A stretch of 63,648 bases of DNA, the filler included, from Bigelowiella natans CCMP2755 (taxonomy: Eukaryota; Protista; Cercozoa): assembly GCA_000320545.1 (NCBI GenBank). It is 5 parts of 5 records of this genome, joined end to end, with 100 filler letters (N's around TTAATTAATTAA, not from the genome) between each part and the next. Parts side by side here need not be neighbours in the genome. Positions count along the whole stretch, not along the records: positions 42,823 to 58,078 come from ADNK01002281.1; positions 58,179 to 62,117 come from ADNK01001260.1; positions 62,218 to 63,648 come from ADNK01003709.1; 2 more parts are not named here. One strand, written 5' to 3'. The position numbers and the translations under genes were made by a program. Positions 54,726 to 63,648 of this stretch are shown here, piece after piece (the stretch's first letter is position 1; each line of letters starts with the position of its first letter). The notes below the pieces were generated by a model. It was not told the origin of the DNA. It worked only from the letters and a program-made list of their open reading frames with translations, and searched no databases.

Positions 54726-56421
54726 ATGGCGCCCCCTCCCTTCCTTTCTCTCCCCTTCACCAAGGCGGGCAGGAAGACCTTCTGTCGCCACTTCTATGTC
54801 CAAAAATTCCAGCTTCTACGATGCATGTGGAACACCTGCAGGGGAAGGACAACTTTACTCCTGTTCCTTGCGACCTTGGTCCCTCTCTGCTACTTCTCAG
54901 CGAAGCAACTGTCGTCGAGACGTACTGACAGCCATCAGGAGAGCTTCCACGAACCGATTCCAAGGAAATGGACCCAAATCAATGAGCTTGGAGGGGTGAG
55001 GTGGTCATGTTTGGAAAACCAACACAGGGGCACAGATATGACGATTGCTCACTCCGCCACCACGCCACGATTTGCGATGTGGTTACCACAGATGCATGTC
55101 GATCCAATGATCTCAGCCTCGCTTCACCTTACCGGCGCGTTTGATCTGCACGTATTAGCTGCAGTCGCAGGAGTCGTGAAGAATACCTGCACGCTCTCAG
55201 CGCCAGTGGAGGCAAGCCCTCTCGTCGTAGATGTTGGCGCACACGTCGGGTTTTTTAGGTATTCCACGATATAACCTAACAAATAAGAAAGAAGCCCGTT
55301 GCCATGGAACTAGAACAATTTTTTTCTCTCACGAATATGAATTTCCTTTGCCCTTCGATATATATATCTATTTCATCTCTTCCACAGTCTGTTTATGGCG
55401 AGCCAAGGCTGCCAAACTCTCGCCTTCGAACCTCAGACTGCGTTGGTAGCTTCGCTCAAGACATCGGCATGTCTAAATGGCCTCTCCAACCGTCTCACTG
55501 TCAAGGAGGCTGCTATAACCAACGACACTAGGTTGAATATGTACTATGACGGGATGTTCGTCCGCGATCAGCGACTTGTGGACACGTGCGAGGCCGCTGG
55601 AGGTCCACATTATGCACCTCATTAACGCTCAACGCATCGATTCTACTGAGTATATGTATAGTTCATTACCATTCTAACCTACTCGCCCACGACCTAATCC
55701 CCACCTCAATTCCTCCGGTTATTCACTCATCATTTGCTACAGGGAGAAGCCGCTGCAGGCGTGTCGCTTCGTCGGTGGGCTTGGATAATATATACCCAAC
55801 GGATATCATCCTCCTCGCTAAAATCGACGCCTCGGGGATGGAAGAGAAGGTGCTGCGCTCAATGGACTCCCTGCTGGCTGACCAACGAGTGCTGAACATC
55901 GTACTCAACTATCACCCGCAATTTCTCGGGCAACAAGCCTCGGTGAGCCTGCTCAGAAAGCTCGATGAGCGCGGATACTCTGTGTTCTACCTACCGTTCA
56001 TACAGGAGGGTATTGATGCAAAAACGGGGAGGATGTGGGGGGGGTGGTCTGTAGAAGAAGAGGAGAAGGAATTGAAGAGAATACCCGCCCTAAGAATTCG
56101 CCTGAGACCGTGATCTTCACCCTCAGTTTGCTTGTCCCCTTTCGTCATCTCCCAGGTGTGTCATCAGCGCGGTTTGCGGCCCCATTACTCAGCGAGGTGC
56201 GGATGTGGCGCGTGGCATCGATGACACTCCCAGACGCTCCTTTCAGCATACAGGTCAGACGAGTTCCGGAGTCGTCCTTTGGATGTTTCCCCGATGCGCT
56301 TCGCAAAGGAAGAATAGAGAAAGGCCGGCACTTTGGAGATCTATACATCGTACCAAAGAGCCAGGAGGCTGGAATGCTGGGAGGTCACGCCAAACATCTT
56401 CAGCCTGCAGTAAATTGCTAG
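54726..56421 (+). CDS. FkbM-family SAM-dependent methyltransferase with N-terminal signal anchor
   Basis: TTLLLFLATLVPLCYF anchor; DPMISASL; VVDVGAHVGFF|SL; LAFEPQ; SACLNG; LLAKIDASGMEEKVL. Start may instead be 54825. Confidence 0.88.
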
Positions 56422-57633
56422 CTTGCATGCTCCTTTTATTCTTCGCCTTCGCTCGTGGTGTCAGTGGAATAAGCAGCCATATTGAGGGATGTAGTAAAGA
56501 GGATAACAACTGGTAAGACTTTACAGAGCGACCGAGACCTTATTTGGCTCGGTTAATACATTAACGTGCTAAAAACGAAACGCATAATGTTGTCTTTCGT
56601 CTTTATTGAGTGCATAATGTTGTCTTTCGTCTTTGTTTAAACAACAGAGATCTGCTACGCAGGTTTTTCAGAGACGTAGTATACACACCTTACAGCATGA
56701 CCGATTCAAGAATAAAATAAAATGACAGTATTCCGAGTATTTACTCGTCAGTTCATCACTTGATCAATTTAATCAATTAATCAATTTAATCAATGTAGAC
56801 AGGTAGCATAGAAGACGTACGTGTGGCACCAGAACTTAGTGATGCGCATGCATGCTGCACATGCACATGCTGTCAAGTCTGATCTAGTTCCGTGTTAAGT
56901 ACCTGTCTGAATAGAACATGGACCAATCTGGAAAATTAGATCAACATGCACTTATTTCCTTTTGCACATAATGTGAATGTCTAAATCCTGCTGCATTCAA
57001 ACAATGTCACAACTATTGCATGAGCAAGAGCAATTCGTACGACGTTGTTAAGTTGCTCTAGTGTTGATCCTGCAGATCAGGCTAGCAAAGTGCCATTGTC
57101 ACGCTCACTCTATGGCGTGCAGACTGAGCGCCGCACCATCGTTATTGCGCATGCCTGCATACATGCATCGCTACATCGGCAAAGCAGCTAGTGCATGCGT
57201 TGACGTACACATGTGCCATCGCTTTCTAGATCTTGCAATAACGTGCAGCTTCAATGTGGCAGGCAGAAATATTACACACATTGCTCGCAACACATCAGCT
57301 CGACGGTTATAGCTACGCAGTGCTCAGAAAAATGGAATTGCCTCGCTCGTTTTCACAATGATGAACCGCACCAAATCTTACCATTACATAGTGCACCAAA
57401 TTGTCATTTTGGGAGGTAACGCTCAATGACATAGCCCAGCCCGCCATTCACGGCTGTTGTCGGTGAGGATGATTCTCTCTTATCTCTCGAGCAGATAGGC
57501 AACACCGACACGCGCTTATCAAAAGGAGTCTCTGCTGTAGATATCAAAAGAAACATTGATCAAAGCCATCAGCGAATTCAATCGGTTTTCGAAGGAAAGA
57601 AGATATTATTCGCGAGCGTGAGAAAAGAGAACG

Positions 57634-58001
57634 ATGACATCTCTCGTTATAACCCCCACCGGTACTTTTATCACTCATCACGCCCAAAAGAGAAATTACT
57701 CGATTTTTGTATACCTTTCCTCGGAACGGTGGAGATACGGTGCTGCGGGTCTTTGCGGGAGGTATTGGACTTAGAAGCTCCTACGTCTCTGCAACTACCG
57801 TTTGCGACAGATTCACCTCATCATGCGTGATGTGTGTGTGTGTGTGTGTGTGCGTGATGCGTGTGTATACGTGTGTGTGAGGGGGGTGCGTGTATGCATG
57901 CATGCGTGTAATGGGTAGCAGTGTAGTGCTAACATATCAAAATCGCGACAACGATGAAATATCTATGATATAGGACAGACACATACACGCACGCGCGCGC
58001 G

Positions 58002-58040
<39 letters not shown>

Positions 58041-58446
58041 GTATATATATATAAAAAATATATATATATATATATATANNNNNNNNNNNNNNNNNNNNNN
58101 NNNNNNNNNNNNNNNNNNNNNNTTAATTAATTAANNNNNNNNNNNNNNNNNNNNNNNNNNNNNNNNNNNNNNNNNNNNCCCCCCCCCCCCGCTCTCCCCT
58201 CACAACACGCACACACTCCTCCCGCGTCTGATTGACACTTGACTCATTACTTGGTGTGTCATAAGGCAAGGGATGAGATCAAGGCTCTGCTCGATACGCA
58301 ATGTAAGGATACTGCTGTTGTTGTTGCTGCTGCTGCTGCTGCTGCTGTTTTTGAGGAGGACGGACTTCTATGACCTAGAGAGAGATTGCATCACGTAGTG
58401 GTCGCTAGTGGTAGCACGATAAGTAAGAAATATAAAACCTGAATTA

Positions 58447-58486
<40 letters not shown>

Positions 58487-58982
58487 TATATCTGGCGATT
58501 TGCTAATTTGTGATCCAGGCGGTGATGTTCCTGATGACCGCAAGTTCCTCGTGTCACTAGGTCACAACCGACAACGCACTCGCAAGCACGAGTGGGAATA
58601 TCTAATACGATTTTTCATATCGCAAGGCGACCTAGGAGCGTACGGCATCGCTGGGACAACGGAATCCTTTGAAAACGCCAAGAACTATCTTGAGGGATAT
58701 GGTATTCGACTCAGCGAGAGCAGCTGTGTTTGTGTGTTTGAGAGTAGAGTTATGCTTCGAAGAACTCTGCGCGCGCGCGCAAAAGTCACTTCGCAGGACG
58801 TCTGATGTGCCCGCATGTCTTATCGAACATCTGCCCCCCCCCTCGTCATTGTAGGGCTTCCAAAGCGAAATATGCGTATCGTTACCGGGAACCATGATCT
58901 CGAAGGCATTTGCTTTGCTACACAGCAAAACACACGCACACACACACACAGACAGACACACGCACACACAGACAGACAGACA

Positions 58983-59020
<38 letters not shown>

Positions 59021-59082
59021 CATCATTCGTTTACAGTTTAATACAAAACATGTGAACGTGTGTTGTGTGTGTTGTGTGAATT

Positions 59083-59124
<42 letters not shown>

Positions 59125-59166
59125 ATGAGATATGTATGGTGGGTTCAGCGTATATATATAAATAAA

Positions 59167-59210
<44 letters not shown>

Positions 59211-59615
59211 TAAGTACATATTAACCACGCTTTAGGCATGGAAGAATTCAAGACAGATGAGGAGAACTTTCAAGTGCGTAAAAACCGCTATAGCAGCAAT
59301 AGGATACACATCAGATAGTAGTAGTAGTAGTAGTAGTAGTAGTAGCGATATAAAGAAGAGAAACCCAATTTTGCAAGAGTCGCTCACATCTTCTCACGCC
59401 CTGCTCGATGCGTGTTTTGCGTCATTGCTGTGATGTGTATGTGTATGCATGCACGACTCCGTTGTTCGCACAACCAAAAGGCATGGAGAAATGCGTTTGA
59501 CGTCGATGGAGAGCAAGGTGCTGCTGCTGATGATGACGATGATGATGATGATACTGACGAAAGAACGAAAAGATTGAAAGATTAGTTTTGACACAAACTT
59601 ATAGTGATATATCAG

Positions 59616-59687
<72 letters not shown>

Positions 59688-60447
59688 TATATTATATTTG
59701 TATGTGTGCGTGTTTTGTGTAATACATAACACCTGATTTCAGGGCAATTCGTGGCCGAAATTCCGGGCACAAAATGCGTCCTTCTTGGTACCACTGTGAG
59801 AGCCATGGAGAGCGTGTGTTTTGTAGTATATTTTTCTAATTTGTTGTGCGGCTCGCTTGTTGTGCTTCATTTATCATTATCATCACCACCATCACCACCA
59901 TCATCACCATCGTCACCATCGTCATCATCGTCATCAATCACCATCGTCATCATCGTCATCAATCACCACAATCATCATCATCATTATCATCATCATCATC
60001 ATCACTATTACCAGGCTTATCCACCGAGAAATTTCGCTCCAACATCTACTCCTCGCACGAGGTGATTGTGAAGGGGGGGGGGAGATTTTTTGCTCACGCC
60101 TAAATACATGCAGAGCAGGAACAGATAGAAGGAAGAGAAAGCGAGAGAGAGAGAGAGAGGAAATGGCGAGGGGGAGGAGACAAGAAAAAGTACATCGGAC
60201 AATTAAAAATATATAAATATATGTATATATAAATAATATATGTATATATGTATATATTTATTTATATTTGTATAAAGCTAGTTTATTTTGCTGTTAAGGT
60301 GTTCATCAGCGAAGAGCAGATCGAGTGGTTCAATGCGGTGCTCGATAGATACCCCGCCAAGGACGGGTACAACATTATCGGTACTACACGCGGCTCAAAA
60401 GCCCTGCATTACCATCATAGCGTATCCGCACACAAGCACGCACAAGC

Positions 60448-60525
<78 letters not shown>

Positions 60526-60917
60526 TACAGAATGACCTGTGTAGCATGAATAAATCAACGAACATTCACCATCAGTCTTCTCCCACGCACCGCCAATGGG
60601 CTCTGGCTTGCGCGTGCTTAACGGACTTCACGTCAAAAACACGTACTAGCAGCAGCAGTAGTGATAGTATTGAAGGTACGACTAACAACCACACACACGA
60701 TCTCCCCCCCCCCCCCCCCTTTAGATGTGCATGGTGAATCATGCACAGAACAACAGGGATTAGATCGCCTCTCTCCCCACACCGGGGGAGTGAGAGATGT
60801 AGAAGAGAGCGTTCAATTCAACCCCCCCTTCCTCCTCCCTCCAGATGTGTGGGTGTGATACGCGTGTAGAGCCCAATAGAATGCGGTGTGTATCCACTAT
60901 GTATAACATTTTGTATT

Positions 60918-60960
<43 letters not shown>

Positions 60961-61303
60961 AAATATCCGGAAAAACATGCACACGCGCAAAACACATTAT
61001 TTTTACTCCTCCCCCCCCCCCCCGCCCCCCTCTCCCACATTGCTTAAAAGAAAAAAAGTAATTTACCAAAAAAACTAAAAAAAACGAATAATCAGTGCTG
61101 CACGTGAACATGGCAGCCTGCTCGCATGGTTTTCGGGTAAGTGATAAGAAATGACAACAAATCGACGACGATTTCACACCACCACACCTCTGCTACTTCT
61201 CGGTGATGATGGTGATGCTAGTAGTAGTAGTAGTAGTAGTAGTAGTAGAAGTAGTAGGCGAAGGACATATGTCTTCTTCCTCTTCGTCTTTACTACTGCT
61301 ATA

Positions 61304-61347
<44 letters not shown>

Positions 61348-61523
61348 GTACTTATTTACTCGACTCCGCCATCACTATTACTCCTTCCAGGTCACTTCCA
61401 CCTCGCACAGGACTACGAGGAATCGATCTCTCTCCTCAGCGGGAACTCCCCAGGTGTGCGTGCGAGATGACGTGTCTGATTGTGTGTTGTGTGTGTGTGT
61501 GTGTTTATGTGTGTGCGTGTGTG

Positions 61524-61556
<33 letters not shown>

Positions 61557-61701
61557 ATGATGTTAATACTTTGATTATATCCAGGTGCTTTAACAGCCTT
61601 TTGCCAAACTGGAGTCATCGGTTGGTTATTAGTACCCCAAACGACGCCCTTTACACAGCTTGTTGTCCACGTTCTTAAACGCAATTCCCCCACGCGCATA
61701 T

Positions 61702-61737
<36 letters not shown>

Positions 61738-62025
61738 GCACGCACACACGCACGCACTGTCTCATACACTCAAAACCGGGCGGCTACCACAAGCCCCGCA
61801 TGAAGCAAAATACATGGCTGACAACCGTAGCAAAAAAGAGAAAAATGGAGGGGAGAGTAACAGCCATAAAATCCAAGCAGGAAAGAACAATAAACACCAA
61901 ACAAAATAAATTACTTTAAAACCAAAGGCCCTGACTCGTCGCGCGACCAACGTCGCCAGTCTCGCTTCCTCCGCAGCAATGGAACCCACCTTCAAGTGTA
62001 CAGCATAAATCATCACCACAGCGAT
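57634..62025 (+). CDS. Calcineurin-like metallophosphoesterase, spanning a gap and truncated by the next gap
   Basis: Exons FLVSLG|DLG, IVTGNHDLE, LSTEKFRSN..SHE, FISEEQIEWF, VFSHAPPMGSGL..HVKN, WFSG|HFHL, CQTGVI, SRDQRRQSR cover the GD, GNHD, H and GHxH motifs. Start uncertain. Confidence 0.85.
58079..58178. other. Assembly gap with linker
   Basis: N-run with TTAATTAATTAA at 58123-58134. Confidence 0.98.
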
Positions 62026-62117
62026 GGTGGCCTTGGTGCTGATGGTAGTGATGATGATGGTGATGATGGTACATCGTGCCTGTTTGATTACTCTTTGCTA
62101 ACCTTACCCCCCCCCTC

Positions 62118-62217
62118 NNNNNNNNNNNNNNNNNNNNNNNNNNNNNNNNNNNNNNNNNNNNTTAATTAATTAANNNNNNNNNNNNNNNNNNNNNNNNNNN
62201 NNNNNNNNNNNNNNNNN
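62118..62217. other. Assembly gap with linker
   Basis: N-run with TTAATTAATTAA at 62162-62173. Confidence 0.98.
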
Positions 62218-62236
62218 ATCGTCATTATCCCATCAC

Positions 62237-62271
<35 letters not shown>

Positions 62272-62335
62272 CAGCAGCAGCAGCAGCAGCAGCAGCAGTA
62301 CTTCATACAAATTCTTTCATATTCTAGAACTCACA

Positions 62336-62856
62336 TGAAGAAACCGTCATTCCAACGCTTGAGAGAACTAATAATGCCTTTTGGAGAGTAACAGCATACG
62401 GTAGTACAATGGAAAAAGCAGCCATTACTTCCTCAAACACATAGAGCGTTATCATCGAGGAGTATTATCAAGCAGAATCAACAAACATGACTGCGAGTAA
62501 AAGTGACTTCACGTCTTTGCTACCACACAAAACAACGAATTAAGTAGATCGAAGACAAATTGGTTCTACTCTGTTCAGATTGACAAACATTAATCATTCC
62601 TACATCATAAAAATAATTACATTGTGCATAATACTATCACCATCTTCATCACCACCATCGTCGTCGTGATTAGCATTATCATCGTGATGATCATCATCGT
62701 CATCATCATCATCATAATCGCGGAGATATCATTATATTGTCCTATATTGTTACTTTTCTCCCAGCTCTATCCATCAGCTCCACAGCAAACCAAGTTGCGA
62801 CAACATTCACTAAGTGGTAGTCACAAATCATCATCATTATCATCCTCCAGGCGCAA

Positions 62857-62896
<40 letters not shown>

Positions 62897-63622
62897 TATT
62901 GCTGTTGTTGTTGTTGTTGTTGTTACTTTATACTACCTGTCCCTGCTAAAACAGTGCCAAGGTAAGGGTCCGAAAACCCTGCTCTTGTGAAGAATCCTAT
63001 TGATAAATCATGTTGATGGATGGATGGATGGATGGATGGATGATGCTGGTGACAATGATGACGATGACAATGTTAATGATGGTGATGAGGGAGGTGGTAA
63101 ACGAGGCGAAGATAGTTTGCTGATGCTGCTGCTGCATCACACTCCTACTCCTACTAGTAGTACGAATACTACTAGTAGTACGACTACTCAGTGACAACTC
63201 ACTGACTCACTTACCAGTCGAGTAGTAAAATACTGCGTTGATCCCGCTGAATTGTTGGAATACCTTCCAAGGTAGTATTACAAATTATGCATCATCATCA
63301 TCATCATCATCATCATCGTCGTCGTCGTCATTATGATCGTTGGCGTCTATGATCAACTATCACTTACTAAATTAATATAGAAGAAGAAGAAGAAGAAGAA
63401 GAAGAAGAAGAAGCTCTTCCACATGTATATCGGTCGGATTCTACCAAGGATGGTGATGATGATGATGATGATGATTATGACTACCATGAGAGCTATTCCT
63501 ATCATAAAAGGGAGCCTCAGCCTTGGATTTCTCACTAATGTCACTTTGGATTGAACGCCCCCATCGCCCCCCCTCCGAATTTTGTCTGGATGCCGGACGT
63601 CGTAGCACTGTTCATGACAACC
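62336..63622 (-). CDS. MFS sugar porter (GLUT-like), internal exons only
   Basis: LRLPFMIGIALM|VFQQFSGINAVFYYST, FFTRAGFSDPYLGTVLAG, VNVVATWFAVELMDRAGRK, ALLVLSSVGM: the sugar-porter QQxSGIN and DRxGRK signatures. Confidence 0.9.
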
Positions 63623-63648
63623 TGGCAAAGGCAAAGAGGCATAGCAAG

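Overview
Eukaryotic (protist) nuclear scaffold with four N-gaps, each carrying an artificial TTAATTAATTAA linker. The plastid-type leader on the ketoacyl synthase, the 7TM-RGS gene and the intron style suggest a chlorarachniophyte-like alga (inference only). Spliced genes recognisable from exon translations: methylmalonyl-CoA mutase (~35 exons), an ABC1/ADCK kinase 5' part, SepSecS, a Cys-rich type I membrane protein, two 2-TM proteins with large ectodomains, a 7TM-RGS, a PH-PX-RhoGAP-Costars protein, a DUF3626-like secreted protein, the MSH2 5' part, a FabF/OXSM ketoacyl synthase, an FkbM methyltransferase, a metallophosphoesterase and an MFS sugar porter. Mobile DNA comprises a 1.15-kb TIR element and the 3' end of a Ty3/gypsy-like LTR element whose integrase ends in a Dam/DIRS-type adenine-methyltransferase-like domain. 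The strongest unexplained signal is compositional. A ~2.6-kb repeat-derived block (2724-5311) has lost every TpA except five, all inside CTAG, and several intergenic spacers are TpA-poor and CTAG-rich. This suggests a repeat-targeted TpA->TpG/CpA (A-to-G) hypermutation process, the mirror image of fungal RIP. Exon boundaries and motif counts were read by eye and are approximate.
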